Origin: Eledone cirrhosa
Lineage: Eukaryota
Assembly (NCBI GenBank): GCA_964016885.1
Contig: OZ024745.1
Location: 50,654,001 to 50,718,000, forward strand
Direction of reading: 5' to 3'
Length of the DNA: 64,000 nt
The notes below the pieces were generated by a model. The model worked only from the letters and a program-made list of their open reading frames with translations. It did no database searches and was not told the DNA's origin. Below, piece by piece: positions 10,849 to 24,593 of this stretch; position 1 is the first letter of the stretch, and each line of letters begins with the position of its first letter. Position numbers and translations under genes: made by a program.

Positions 10849-11721
10849 GCCGTTAAGTAAAGAACAAGATTTTGGGGAGTCAAATTTGCGAACGAATTGT
10901 TGTTCTTGTTATTTATCCCCAATCCATCTTAAATAGGCAAACCTATAACAAAAGGCGCCCCAGTCGTAATCATCCCATCTGTCTGCATACCTAGAACTAT
11001 ATATTTTTCAATGTGTTCTTTTTTTGAGACAGTGGATATCTGCTTTGAGAGAAATTTTGCTGCTATTTCTAGCAGATAGGACGACCGTATATAGGTTCTC
11101 TCGTTGGCTCGTGTCAGCGAGTAGTCTTCCATTCTCGGAAATTTGGTAAAAGGAGACTATGCCAAAGTCCCTCATATGCATAGTCTGGTGGGATGAAGGG
11201 AAGAAGGTATTTTTAAACTAGAGACAATAGCGTGAATACTTGCAACATAATTGACTCCACTAAAGCCACTAAAATATCAGATGAGGGGTAGAGATGGATT
11301 AACAGTCTCACTTAGCCGATGCTCTAACAATTCTGCCAATTCACCTGCCTTGACTGATACTTTATTTTATCGCCCCAAAACATGAAAGGCAAAGTCAAAC
11401 ATTCGAAGATTTGAAATCAAAGTGGAGTGAACTGGAAAAACGTCATCAATCATTTCGCAATACTCTCGAACAACGTTGTCCATTCACTTATAGCTAAAAC
11501 ATAAAAAATATACAGAGTATTGTAAGTTTTTAATTCAAACTTACTTCCACTACTAGAGTTCTATTAAGCTGTTGTAAAGATTTATCTCCAATATGGTTTC
11601 GATTAGCTGTAATGCCATTAACTCACTCCTCATCAATCTCACTGATTGGGGCTCTTAATAAAATGAAACTGAAAATAGTATTGCAACATTGACTTCACAT
11701 GCACACATTCACACTCACACA

Positions 11722-11764
<43 letters not shown>

Positions 11765-12289
11765 ACACACACACCACACACACACACATATATATAAACC
11801 AAAGATCAGAGAGCTGAGAGAATATTATTTTGCTTTAGATTAGTAATAAATAAAATGTAATGAAACGAGTGGAAATGGAACAAAACATGAACAAACCGGA
11901 GAGTACAAGAACAGGCGAAAAAAAGCCCAAAACAACAAAAAACAAAAAAACTGGGAAACATGACAAAAACAACAAAAACTCAGAGCTTTTTGGTTTTTCG
12001 GTAGGTAAACACAGACACACACACACACATATATATATATATATGTGTATATATACATATGTTATATGCCTTGCACACACACAAAAAAAAACAGACATGA
12101 ATAATACTATGAGAAAATACCTGAAATTATATTTAAAATACAATTTTTCATTGTACATATATTTTGGTTAACTTCAAAATAATGTCAATGAAAAATTACT
12201 CAACCACATAAGGATTAATCCCTTGGGAAATGTATTACTTTACTGAAACTGAAATGAATAGAAGGAAAAATATGTAGAAAGAAACATAC

Positions 12290-12450
12290 ATTTAATGTTT
12301 TTTGGGGTTTTTAATTGGAACTAGGATCAAGGAAAATTATTCGATTTTACTTTTATAGCAATGCACATACTGTATGTACATTGCTATAAAAGTAAAATTG
12401 AATAATTTTCTCTGATCCTAGTTCCAATTAAAAACAAAAAGACTTTAAAC
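12290..12450. repeat. 160-bp imperfect palindrome
   Basis: TTTTTAATTGGAACTAGGATCA...TTTTATAGCAATGCACATAC T GTATGTACATTGCTATAAAA...TGATCCTAGTTCCAATTAAAAA. Confidence 0.88.
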
Positions 12451-12931
12451 GTATATATATGTGAAGGCGTATGGCTATATTTATTTATTTTAATATGGTA
12501 CCAACTTGATTGTTGAGTAGATTTATGCTGGTTTTTGGGTGTTATTTCTAGCATCCTCAAAAGCCTGTCGTATTCTCCTGATATATAAAGATTTATATTC
12601 ATTTGCAGTTAAATGCCACACACTGTCGGACGCACCATGTTGTTTCGACAATTATATGGTCTGTATACTATCTATTCAATATTTTCGCTACTTCCAAACA
12701 ATTCCCCCCCTGAAGATGGAATATTCTTCCAATATCGCATGTATACAACGGACCAAACACTTGTTCGTTGGATTTCTAAAGGTGGGTGTGACAAAGGAGT
12801 GCATGTACACAGAGGGGTACAACAACCATCTCAGATATCGTTCGAAAATCCTTTGTCCACGTTGTCTTGTAATTGTATCAAACTTGAATTTATTTGGTTG
12901 TAAAAGAACTTTGAAACCCAAAGTCATGCCT

Positions 12932-12972
<41 letters not shown>

Positions 12973-13622
12973 TATGTAGCGCTAAACCACGTGTCAACCT
13001 TTATTATTGAGGAGAAAGCAATAGTTGTGGTAAGAGGTGAGGGTGAGAAAGATTATACAATGAAAAGTTGTGGAATGGATAGATAGATAAATAGATAGTT
13101 GGGAGGTTAATAAGCTGGGTGTCAGCAGCGTGTGAGACTGGCAGTCATGCAAAAAGACAGTTAAATAAAGGGAGGGGTGTAAAAGAAAAGAAGAAAGATA
13201 AGGCTTTAGAATAAAGGGGAGGCAATTAGAGGGCCCAACCTGATAAAGTAACAGAAGTGCAGAGTAAGTGAATGATAAAAACAGAAAGAGAAAGTGAGGG
13301 AAAGAAGAGTTGTGGTAGAATATTATTCCCAGAGAGAGAGAGAGAGAGAGAGAGAGTGGGGGGGGGGGGGGGAAGGTTCACTTTGTCTTTCATCAGTCGA
13401 TAAAATAAATTCCAGTTAAATATTGAGTTAGATTCACCGTCTTCTATTATAAGAATATATGTTTACTAGTTCTTGACAGGACCTTAATTTTATGACCATA
13501 GCAGGATTTGAACTCAGAAGGTTTGAATAAATGTAGCAGACATTTTGTCGGACGTTCCAACGATTCTGCAATTGACGCAGAACCGACATACTTATAATCA
13601 AAGACATTTCAATCATGACAAC

Positions 13623-13960
13623 CTCTATTCAAATAATGATTTCTTATATAGGCACAAGGCCGGTAATTTTTTTTTTTTTTGGGGGGGGGGTCGATTAAAT
13701 CGACCCCTCCCCAGTACATTACTGGTGCTTTATTTTATCGACCCCGTAAGGATGAACCTCTATTCAAATAATTGTTTCTACTTTAGGCACAAGGCCAGCA
13801 ATACCCAGTACATTACTGGTACTTTATTTTATCGATCCCGTAAGGATGAAAAGTAAAGTTAACGTCGACGGGATTTGAACTCAAACCGTAAAGGGACGTA
13901 ACTATGCTGGAAAGCATGGAGTCTGACTCTCTACCGATACTGCCAATCTATTCAAATAAT
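13623..13960 (-). mobile_element. Two tandem MetaSINE copies (different subfamilies) with triplicated TSD
   Basis: TCTATTCAAATAAT at 13624, 13759 and 13947, with SINE cores in between. Confidence 0.87.
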
Positions 13961-14979
13961 GTATTCAGGACATTATCCAATAATCCTTCTTTTTAAAGAC
14001 TGGTGGATGGGAATCGAGCAACTGTGTAGAGGCCAGCCACGTTGGCTTGGTTTGAAAAACAAAATCTTAGTCATGCTGCCTGTTGTTCAATACATTGTAA
14101 ACAAATATACTCTACCTAGAAAAGGACCAACAAAATTGTTGGCCTTTCAGATTTATTTCATAGTGACAAAATCTATATAAAAAAAACCCATTAAACCTAT
14201 GGAGTAAATAAAAAATAAAACACAAACCAAACGCTTCACTAATGTGTAAGATTATACAGTAAGTTCAATGTTTTTTTTCAACGCCCTTAAAGCACTTATC
14301 GCCCTTAAGGGTAAAGTGTTGAGCTTTCAGACTGCGAAATGTTTTACACTAGTTTTTAACTTTATATATGAATTGAATTGCCACCTATTTTTTCTTTTGT
14401 GGGTAGCAAGGATTTGTATATTCTTATATTAAATAGCTCAATAGCCATTTGTAACTTAATTTTTCAGACACTGTAAATAGTTGATAATAGCTGTGTTCAA
14501 TCTTATTTATTTAACGTTCTTTTCGTCAGCTTCAATAGCTTTCGTTTAATACCTATATCTTAACTTTATGATGGTAGTGCTTTATTTCCGATACACGTTT
14601 ATAAGAATAGTTTAAAAATATGAAGGAAAATGGACCGAGAGAGAATTCAGTAAATTTTTTAAACAAATAAAGGCTTTGATGGCTTTGATCCACGCGTTTC
14701 TACAATAAGAGAGGCGCCAGTTGAATATTTCGTCTTCATATAATGTAACGTAGACAAAGTTTGATTCATGTTACCTATTTTCTTACCAAGCGCCACCCTC
14801 GGTAACATTTGAACCAAGCATTGCAAGCTAAAAAAAACAAAAAACAAAAACAACAAAACATATTTCAACGAGCTAATATCGCCCTCAAATCAACCCTACC
14901 ATCTTAAATACATTGTATAATGCAATCACTGATAATCAAAGTATGGAAAGATTAAGACATCTTTTATTATGCATCTACT

Positions 14980-15192
14980 CAGGGCTTGACAGAGTCGTTG
15001 GAGCGCCGTACAAATGTTTAGCGGTATTTATTCCGGGCCTTTACTTTCTGAGTTTAAATTCCACCGAAGTCAACTTTTCCTTTCATCCTTCCTAGGTTGA
15101 TAAAATAAAGTACTAGTCAAGCACTGGCATTGATGTAATCGACTTACCCTACCCTCTAAGATTGCTGGCCTTGTGCCTAAATTAGAAATCAT
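14980..15192 (+). mobile_element. Older MetaSINE subfamily copy
   Basis: CTGAGTTTAAATTCCACCGAAGTCAACTTTTCCTTTCATCC...GATAAAATAAAGTACTAG...GCTGGCCTTGTGCCTAAATTAGAAA. Confidence 0.8.
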
Positions 15193-15289
15193 TATGGATT
15201 TGTTCGATTCGGGTTTATCGGGGGGATAAGAATAACAACTTATTTTTAATTGTGCACTACTATTGGGATCATCCACTTTTAAACGTCAC

Positions 15290-15545
15290 ATTGGTACCTC
15301 TATGACGTCGCTCTCCGACAGGTTTGCGGTCGCACCCCTGGCAGTGGAGACTTCTGGTGTTCTCGGCCCCAGGGCTACCTCCTTACTCACCACCATAGGC
15401 GCTGAGCTGGCCAGCCGCAAATGTGAGCCCCGCGAGTTGGAGTGGCTTTTACAGCGCGTCTCCTTTGCCGTCCTCTGGAGAAACGCCTTCTCCATTCTGT
15501 CCGCCGGGGCTGTGTGTGGGCCCCATCGCGTACCGTTGTAGTTGT
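15290..15545 (+). mobile_element. CRE-clade non-LTR retrotransposon 3' fragment (restriction-like endonuclease C-terminus)
   Basis: FAVAPLAVETSGVLGPRA...IG..L....EPRELEWLLQRVSFAVLWRNAFSIL matches the CRE-type P.AVET.G..G...QR.S.A.QRGNA signature. Confidence 0.75.
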
Positions 15546-15559
15546 TGTATACAGATATT

Positions 15560-15930
15560 AACTCATCAATCCCATTGTCCTAATCCATAAAATTAAATAG
15601 GGTTTCTTATTACTGAATACATTCGGTATACAGGGTACTCCTGTCATTTATTAGAAAGAAAGGAAAATCTACTGTGCAGTAACAATGAGATGCTGTTCCC
15701 ACATTGAGGCAGTTCACATTGGCAGCCTAAACAGCATTCAGAAAAAAAATCCACATAGCTAATCGGTTTAAAGACACTCTAACATTCTTCAACCTCTGGC
15801 TCACAGACGTAGTGTTTTCTTCTTCATCTACTAGCGTTCCTTTAAGCTTGCTGAACTCGTACCACCTACATTCAGGCACTCTCGACTTACACGTCAGTCG
15901 TGTTGTGACCTACACTCACACCGTACACTA
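15560..15930 (+). mobile_element. Degraded CR1/Jockey-like LINE RT C-terminal fragment
   Basis: Fragmentary peptides CCSHI, NSIQKK and LQPLAHRR, typical of the CR1-Zenon-like post-RT region. Confidence 0.5.
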
Positions 15931-16158
15931 GCCACTGTGCCTAGTCAAGGGGGTGATCCTAGAATTTAAACTGAACATCAGCGTCAACAATCTCTCCAAT
16001 CACGGAGGGTTGACCAATTAAAATAAAAGAAAGTCGCCTGTACTCGAAATGCCATATATTTGCTGAAAGAAAACAGTCAACTAAATCGACTCAGCTCATA
16101 ACTAATACTTTTTTTTATATCGACCCCGAAAGGAGGAAAGGTAAAGACGACATTGATT

Positions 16159-16332
16159 ATTAGTAGCCATAATTGTTTCTACTTTAGACACAAGGTCAGC
16201 AATTACCCAGTACATTACTGGTACTTTATTTTATCGACGCTGTAAGGATGAAAGGCAAAGTTAACCTCGGAGGGATTTGAACTCGGACTGTAAAGGGACG
16301 TAACTATGCTAGAAAGCATTAGTAGCCATAAT
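16159..16332 (-). mobile_element. MetaSINE, 5'-truncated, 14-bp TSD
   Basis: TTAGTAGCCATAAT flanks the copy on both sides. Confidence 0.85.
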
Positions 16333-17121
16333 ATTCTATTTGTCCCGATGTGTGTTCGAAATCTGTGCTTTCAAATGGATATAATCTCGTCTTGACCTAG
16401 ATTTTTATTCTTATCTGTTGTAGTTAGGTAGAAAGTTAGACAGCAAGGGAAGGGGAAGAGGTAACAGGTGTTAGTGGGGAAAGGTGGCAACAGTCCGAGT
16501 GGGAGAGAGATAGAGATAAAGAAAGAGAGAGGGAGAGTGAGAAACAAAATGACGAGGGGCTATGCTTAATATTTATATATTACTAGCATAGTAACTGTCA
16601 AAAAGAATTGGCTTTATAGTATACAAAATATTTAATTTAATAATTCCATGATTACAACATTCTTTGTAAAAATGCTTGAATCCTCAATTTTCCTTCATCG
16701 ACTACTTTTATGTCGCTCTGGCCATTGCCGTATTTCATTTTAGATTGATTTAAATGAAAAGAGAATGGCAATGAATGAATCCATCAATCAAGATAAGGTT
16801 CAAATGATTTGACAGCTGGGCTAGATAGCGCTTTAGCAAATACCGTATTATGAACACACCCAGTAGCATGCAGGTAGACATTGCAATATGTTTATCGAAG
16901 TTTGAACAATCAATAACCTTCTTCATATCAGCAACGTTGTTAAATACTGTCTGATGATGATGCACCCAAATTACGTTATTCTTACAAAACAATCATCTGA
17001 TACCTCTGAAATGCACATAACGGTCATTATCTAATAAAATTGAGTATGGAAAAGTAGAATCGTGTCTTTATATGTATTAGCATACACTTACACACACACA
17101 CACACACACCCACACATATAT

Positions 17122-17170
<49 letters not shown>

Positions 17171-17212
17171 ATGATGAAAAATGGCGTGCTGTGTTGTTGC
17201 AATGTGATATAC

Positions 17213-17376
17213 AAATTAAAATGAAAAATTAGAAATAGAAGCCAGGACTATCCATCATCAGTGGTCTATTAGCCATCATAGGTATTTTTTCGCTGCGAAG
17301 AAATACCTATGATGGCTAGTAGACCACTGATGATGGATAGTCCTGGCTTCTATTTCTAATTCTTCATTTTAATTTA
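17213..17376. repeat. 164-bp near-perfect palindrome in (TA)n context, carrying a CTGATGA box in each arm
   Basis: AAATTAAAATGAA.AATTAGAAATAGAAGCCAGGACTATCCATCATCAGTGGTCTA...TAGACCACTGATGATGGATAGTCCTGGCTTCTATTTCTAATT.TTCATTTTAATTT. Confidence 0.9.
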
Positions 17377-17609
17377 TATATATATATGACCAATATGAGG
17401 AGGTAGAAATATCACGGCGATAAGAATCCTGTGCATACTGGTACTATCCATTTTCTTTTACGCATGCGTGGCATTTACTCTAACTATAGAGATATACAGA
17501 AAGATACTAGCATTGGAAATGTGATGTTTGTGCAGCATCTTACGCAGCTCATTTTTAGACGAAACGAGCAGGTTCATAAAACCACCCAGTACCACATTGG
17601 CCCCCTATC

Positions 17610-17810
17610 ATAATGATGATTCTGATTTAAGCACAAGGCTAACAATTTTGGGGGAGGGTTCAGTCTATCAAATTGACCACTGTGCATTACTGGTGCCTTA
17701 TTTTATTGACACCGCAAGGATGAAAGGCAAAGCTAGCCTCGGCGGGATTTGAATTCAGACAGTAAAGGCCAATAATTCTATGTCCGACGTTCTACTGATA
17801 CTACCATGTC
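17610..17810 (-). mobile_element. Diverged MetaSINE
   Basis: GCACAAGGC...TTACTGGTGCCTTATTTTATTGACACCGCAAGGATGAAAGGCAAAG...GGGATTTGAATTCAGAC. Confidence 0.8.
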
Positions 17811-18036
17811 ACATGATAATGAAGAACTGTGGATGAGGAAAGAAGGAGGGAAGGTGAACGACAATCACGGACAGACATCAAAGAATAGATAATGGCGACT
17901 TAGGGGGAAGTCTGGTACACAGCAGGTCATGATGGCGCCCCTTCGACTCCATCAAGAATTGAGCGCCCAAGCTTAGCATATAAATTTTGTTTGGAGAAAA
18001 AGCATGCATGTTTTCGATTCGCTCTTTTGAGAAAAT

Positions 18037-18068
<32 letters not shown>

Positions 18069-18290
18069 GCACACACACACACACACGCACACACGCACAC
18101 ACATATATGAGGTGACTTCAAACGTTGAAATAATAAAAAAAAAATGATGATCCCCCCCCCCCCCTCCCGCAATTGTATGACAAGCACACTGATTTATCAT
18201 CGGCCTTGCAGACAAGGGAGACAACCATTGGTTTACGGTTAGGAAATAAGAAAGAGATATGGATACATTAGCGCAGGTGATCTGATTTAC

Positions 18291-18324
<34 letters not shown>

Positions 18325-19298
18325 GAGGGGGGGGGGGATCACATAAGATAAGGGAGTCGTTGTGACTGTTTGTTTTTTTGTTTGTGTGTGTGTGTGTGTG
18401 TGTTTCAATGTACCATTTTGGAATTCCTTCCCAGGGCGATATTTTTCAATATTAATTTTCATGTCTGTTAGAAAAAATGTTTGGTCTGGAAATATTTTCT
18501 AATCTGATGCTGACTTCTACGGTAACAAGTTTTAACCAAATCATTTCATTCGGCGTTATAAGCGTCCCAAGCGAGTGGAATGATTTATCATTGATAGCTG
18601 TTAATGTTAGATGCATGAGAATCGCCCTAAACGTGGGAAAAATTGTTATGTGAAAGATTGCTTTTTTATGGATAAAAAATTATATATATATTATATATAT
18701 ATATGCGAAATGTCTAAAAATACAGAATACTACTGATTGTACCTTAGTACTTGATACTATAAATACTTTTATAAGTGTACTGTAGAATATTGTTAAGCTC
18801 CCAGCAAACCGTGTCTGTTATTTCACTTAACACACATTTGATTTTACTCTGCGTTCTTACGATATTAGGCTTTACTAATTTAACTTGACCTTGACAGGGA
18901 GTCTCGAGCTAGCTACATTTCTCTGAAATCCCACACTACTATTTTAAATAAGGAAATAATACATTGGCTAAAAAGACGCAAGGACTACAACTGGAATGAT
19001 TTGGGTAATAAGGTCTGCTCGATCCAATTTGACATTAGGTCATAAACTGAAGGCTGGAATGAATTTGATTGTAGTTCAGTTGGATTAAAGCTAACAAAAA
19101 CAACAACAACAACAACAACAAGAAAGAAGTCTTTCATGGTGGTCCAACGACCAATTAATGTGTAACGAAATACTAAGGAAAAAGACATAAAGGAACTTAA
19201 CGTAAACAACATTGTTTTTTTTTTAGACCGATATAAACACACACGCACACACACACACACACACATATATATATACACACACACACAAACACACACAT

Positions 19299-19350
<52 letters not shown>

Positions 19351-19362
19351 GCACACGCACAC

Positions 19363-19397
<35 letters not shown>

Positions 19398-19747
19398 GAA
19401 ACACACACACACACGTATATATAGAGCCAGGTTTCCCAATGGCAAGTGGGCCCCAGGAGGCCCACGGCAACATTGCAAGGCCCATAGTAGCATTGTAGGG
19501 CCCACTGTAGTATTTTAGGGGCCAATGCTTTGCTTAAAAAAAACCCCTGAAGTCTAAGAGAAAGAATAAATAAAAACAAAAACAAAAAACAATTAAGCAC
19601 AGCATTTGGTCAACCAATTCCCCGGGGAAACCAAAATATACGATAGTGCAAATAGCTGGAATCAGTGGTTGTACATTCTACTAAATCTAAAGCTTAGTGT
19701 ATTCATTCATGCAAACATACATATATAGACACACACACACAAGCAAG

Positions 19748-19778
<31 letters not shown>

Positions 19779-19804
19779 TATATATACTTACACATACACA
19801 CGAA

Positions 19805-20020
19805 CTACTGACCAAATAATTGTTTCTACTTTTGGCACAAGGCCAGCAATTACTCAGTACTGGTACTTTATTTTATCGGCCCCGTAAGGATGAAAGGAAA
19901 AGTTAACCTCGGCGGGATTTGAACTCAGAATGGGTAGGGCCGTAACTCTTTGCGTCAAAGCATGGCGTCCGACCCTCTACCGATACTGCCAATCCCCCGC
20001 CAATCTACTGACCAAATAAT
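19805..20020 (-). mobile_element. Full-length MetaSINE with 16-bp TSD
   Basis: CTACTGACCAAATAAT at 19805 and 20005. Confidence 0.88.
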
Positions 20021-20096
20021 GTTTGGTATCAATGGGTTAAAGACGTCTGTCAAATAAATTAGTGGTGAAGGTTGGTGTGTATATATATTTTGAAAA

Positions 20097-20391
20097 TTTT
20101 GAAAGTAGGTTTATAGGTATGCATTTTCATAAGATCTTTCGTAGCTGTCTCAGTGGACTAGCGGTAGGTAGTAGAGACGGTGGCGATCCTGGTCTTGGGT
20201 TCAATCTTGGTCGAGAGGTGCATGTAATCTTTTTAAGTATTTATTTTACATTCCCTAGGAAAAAAATGAAAATGAACCCCACTCCCGAACTTCAGACCAG
20301 GATCACCACCGGCTATGATTCCTCCAACTAGACCGCCGAGACAGCTACGAAAGTACAAGGAAAATTAATGATTATAAACCTACTTTCAAAA
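20097..20391. repeat. Diverged inverted repeat whose arms contain tRNA-like A/B boxes
   Basis: TTTTGAAAGTAGGTTTATA...CTTTCGTAGCTGTCTC.G.GG.CTAG...GATCCTGGTCT in both orientations. GGGTTCAATC B-box-like sequence in the left arm. Confidence 0.7.
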
Positions 20392-20549
20392 TCAAAGTTA
20401 AAAAGTTGTGGTGTGGTTTAAATACCGCAGAGAGAAGGGGGAGGGGGAGAAATGAGGTGCAACAGAAATGAAACATGGATTTCAGCTTAAAATATAGTCT
20501 AGATACATGAGAAAAAAACGAGGATGTAGTTTATGGAATACCCCTCCAT

Positions 20550-21510
20550 CAGTCACTCTCTCTGTTAGCCTCTTCCTCACACTTTCACTCACTCACTCTC
20601 TGCTACTCCCTCTCCTACTTCCTCCCGTTTGACCTGTGAGAGATTCTTTCCTCACTCACACTTCGACCAGGTTTGATGGTCTTTATTCTCTCTCGTCCAC
20701 GATTTCACAGAACTTATGTTCATCGATTTCAGGGACTTGACTCCTTCTTCCTCACCTTTCGTTGCATTACCATCTTTGTTTGTTTACTGTCTCGCTCGTT
20801 CCCCCTATTTACGTGTCCCAACGACTTTCTTTAGCCGGCTGGAAGATCACTAATGAAGGAATAAATTTATTCATATGTAACCCATTTGCAACCACGCAGT
20901 ACGTCATGTTTTCATATTTTTCATATATATTTTCCTCCGCTGTGACCCGTCTGTTTCTTTCTTACTGCTTCCCATTTTCTCTGTATCTCTCACTTCCTTT
21001 TACCCCCTCTGCCAGTCACTCTCTCTGTTAGCCTCTTCCTCACACTTTCAGTCACTCACTCTCTGCGACTCCCTCTCCTACTTCCTCCCGTTTGACCTGT
21101 GCGAGATTCTTTCCTCACTCACACTTCGACCAGGTCGGATGGTCTTTATTCTCTCTGGTCTACGATTTCACAGAACTTATGTTCATCGATTTCAGGGACT
21201 TGACTCCTTCTTCCTCCCGTTTGACCTGTGCGAAATTCTTTCCTTACTCACATTTCGACCAGGTTTGATGGTCTCTATTCTCTCTCGTCCACGATTTCAC
21301 AGAACTTATGTTCATCGATTTCAGGGACTTGACTCCTTCTTCCTCACTTTTCGTTGCATTACCATCTTTGTTTGTTTACTGTCTCGCTCGTTCCCCCTAT
21401 TTACGTGTCCCAACGACTTTCTTTAGCCCTTGCTCGCACCAACCAGAGGTATATGGTCTTTAAAGCGATGAAATACCAATGAAGGCTGGAAGATTACTGA
21501 TGTATGACTA
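20550..21510. repeat. About 460-bp tandem duplication with an extra internal duplication of about 120 bp
   Basis: CAGTCACTCTCTCTGTTAGCC at 20550 and 21013. The ACGATTTCACAGAACTTATGTTCATCGATTTCAGGGACTTGACTCC block occurs three times. Confidence 0.9.
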
Positions 21511-21564
21511 AATTTATATATATATATATATATATATTATATATTGAGAGAGTGTGAAAGTAAT

Positions 21565-21735
21565 GGTAGAGTGTCGGATGCCATGCTTTGGCGCATAGAG
21601 TTACGGCCCTTGCCATTCTGAGTTCAAATCCTGCCGAGGTTAACTTTGCCTTTCATCCTTACGGGGTCGATAAAATAAAGTACCAGTAATACACTGGGTA
21701 ATTGCTGGCCTTGTGCCTAACGTAGAAACAATTAT
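21565..21735 (+). mobile_element. MetaSINE
   Basis: Same family as the copy at 9944. Confidence 0.85.
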
Positions 21736-21937
21736 TGAAAATTATACAAAATATTTTTTATTGAAGAAGGTAAGATATTTTCCTGCAAAACTTTGATTGC
21801 CCTGTTTTGTTTCCGCTTATGTATTTTTTGAAAATGTTATTTATTCATTATAAAAATTAAATAGCATTAGATAGCATTCTGTATATAGGCTGGCCCCCTT
21901 CATCTCCTGGCAACCAATATCTTTAGACCCAGTCCAC

Positions 21938-21973
<36 letters not shown>

Positions 21974-24593
21974 GTATACCGTATATACACACGTGAAAAA
22001 GTCTTTTTTTTTAGACCACTTTTTAAGGTTAAATTTATGCAGTTGACTATTATATTGATACTACCTTTGAGGAGCTTGAAATTCAAGCTAGAATCCAAAG
22101 TACCACATCAGTAACAGAAGCCCAACTGATCTATACACGGAAAAATAAATCACACAATGAATCCATAAACAAAGCCACATAGCTCTTATAAATATTTACA
22201 AAAGCTCTTTTACTCGTATCCATCAAACCTAACACACTAGGTTAGTGCAATCAATTTATATCTCATGTGGTACACGTTGGGGTAAATTTTTAACCTCAGG
22301 TTTTTGCAATAATATACATTTGCCTTAAATTCATGACGATTTTGTGATAGTGTTATTTCTACGTACAGGATGATACCATGACCCACAATTGTTGACCTGT
22401 TATCCGTAAAATACCAGGTTCGGCTTTTATCCGAAGTCAATGGAAAATTCCAGATGTATGTATGTTCTTCTGGTTTTATAATTTCACAAATTTTTGCCAA
22501 TAGAGAGAGAGAGTCGGTTTCTATAATAAAATAGATACAAGACTCTCTCATTAGAATTTACACAACATCAAATAGGTAGATATGTATGCATGTCTGCATG
22601 CATGCATGTGTGTGCAGGTATAGATGTTATTGTATGTGTGGATGGGGATGTTTTGAGTTGTATGTGTGCATGTGCATACGCTTTGTATCTGTACATGTGT
22701 ATATACAGCTATTAGATGCAGAATTTTTGGAATATTTTACATATATTTTCTGTTCCATTAATGGATTGTACTTGTACTTTCCTGTATATGCAGTTGTTAG
22801 ATGCAAAATATGTATGTATGTGTGTTTCTATCTCTCTCTATCTTTCTCACACACTCCCCCTCTCTCTCTGTGCGTGTGCAATTGTATGTCAAGTTTAAAT
22901 GTTTTTGTTTTCGTGTAGTATGGATTATATTACTATTAACTGGACGTTGACTCAAATGAGTTCCTACACTCGTTGACGAGATTTTGTATTTCACTCTGCA
23001 GTCTTGTTGGGGCTGCTATATTAGTCGCCGGTGATTTGGTAGATCACATTGGGTTATTGTTATCTGTAGCGCTCAATAGCGACATAACACAGTAATCCTT
23101 TAAATTCAATTTTCCACCCATTTCGTCAAACTTGGGCGAAAAGTTTGAGCGACAAATCCTTATATTCGACACTTCTCCAACAATTAAATTTTTCTATTCT
23201 TCTGAAACTAATATTGATTGGTTTTATTGTCGCTGACCATCTCCAGTTCCTAAGAAATTCAAGAAACCATTTAGAAATTACTTCCATAATAAGTAATAAT
23301 AGGATATTTAAAAATGTATATATTAAAAAAAAAAAATCACTTAATTACTGATATCTATTTCCCAGTAATTCAGTATCTCTAGTACTAACTAATGCTGAAA
23401 ATAGTTTTTAAAATCGCGGATGCTTTCGTTATTAAATATTTTTGTACTTTAAATCCTATCATTATTTTTGAATTTTTTCTTTCTTTAATATTAGCTTATA
23501 TAGTTATCGTTATATTTCGTACTACGTCCCCAACACAAGTATTGAGTTTTTTTCTTTTTTATTTCATTCCAATAAAATATTTAAAAAGGGGAATGGTACA
23601 TTAGGTTTCTGATAACCTATTATTTGTCTGTTAGAAACTTGTAACCATATGGCAATATAAAATAAATATATACCTCGGAGTTGAATAATATTCATGAAGT
23701 TAGGGCAGAATAACAAAAGCAAACAACATCAACAATGAACGCGTTGTAATTCAATTGACTGCACCAGTATAACTATTTGTGAAATGACCTTCTTTCAATT
23801 TTATATTGATATGATTACATACAAAACTTTCCTGACGATTTACTTGGTTTTGAGAAGCCGGGTTTATAGAGCAACAGTTGCTAATTTTAACCAAGTGATA
23901 ATTAAATCATGTCCTAGAGTTCTACATACTTTCTGATAAAAATGTTCAACTAGGTCATTTAGTTTGTAAAGCAACATTTACGTAATATACCGGGGAAATC
24001 TTACACGTGTTTAAATAGTCGATAATATTTCATTCGGTGCTTTTTGTGTTTATTCTTTATTTCATATCCCATTCAGAAGACGAAGTAAAAATATATCAGC
24101 AATCTACATGGCAGTGAGTCTCATAATTCGCCGTTTAACCTCAATAGATCAAAAGATCTATCTATGATCAAAGTCATTCTAGTTATGGTCATCCAGTCTA
24201 ATCTTTCAGGTGTAATTTCTAGAAGTTTGAGCGGCTACCTACAGTGACCGTGTTTTAAGGCCAAGAAGCTAGTTAACGAAGTATTTCTAAATCAGATTAT
24301 CTAGGTAGTGTCTATCTATTCTCCCAAACTTACACTCACAGTGAAGAGGAACTTAGAGCTGCCATCTAACGATACACTTGTTATTCATACAATATGGTTA
24401 CCACTTAAAGAAATGAAGGCTTCTCACCTCGTGACAGCCTATTTTAAGTTACTGCAGTCGGAAGGAATACACATAATCATTTCTCATTTGATAGTATATA
24501 TATATATATACAGTAATAATAAATACAAAGACCAAAATCCGAAGAGGGCTCGATAAGGATTGCATATATATAAGTATATATAAACGCAAATAT

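Noticed and set aside
12705-12735. CTGAAGA plus a stem (hammerhead 5' half)
   Set aside because: No GAAA box or cleavage triplet follows.
12539-12979. 146-aa and 96-aa overlapping ORFs
   Set aside because: No recognisable domain; the longer ORF runs into a (CA)n repeat.
16580-17030. Helitron helicase C-terminal relic (TKNVV-like peptide on minus strand)
   Set aside because: Too short and degraded to support by eye.
18632-18639. Perfect CSL site CGTGGGAA
   Set aside because: 41 kb from NRARP, possibly within a TE relic, and expected by chance.
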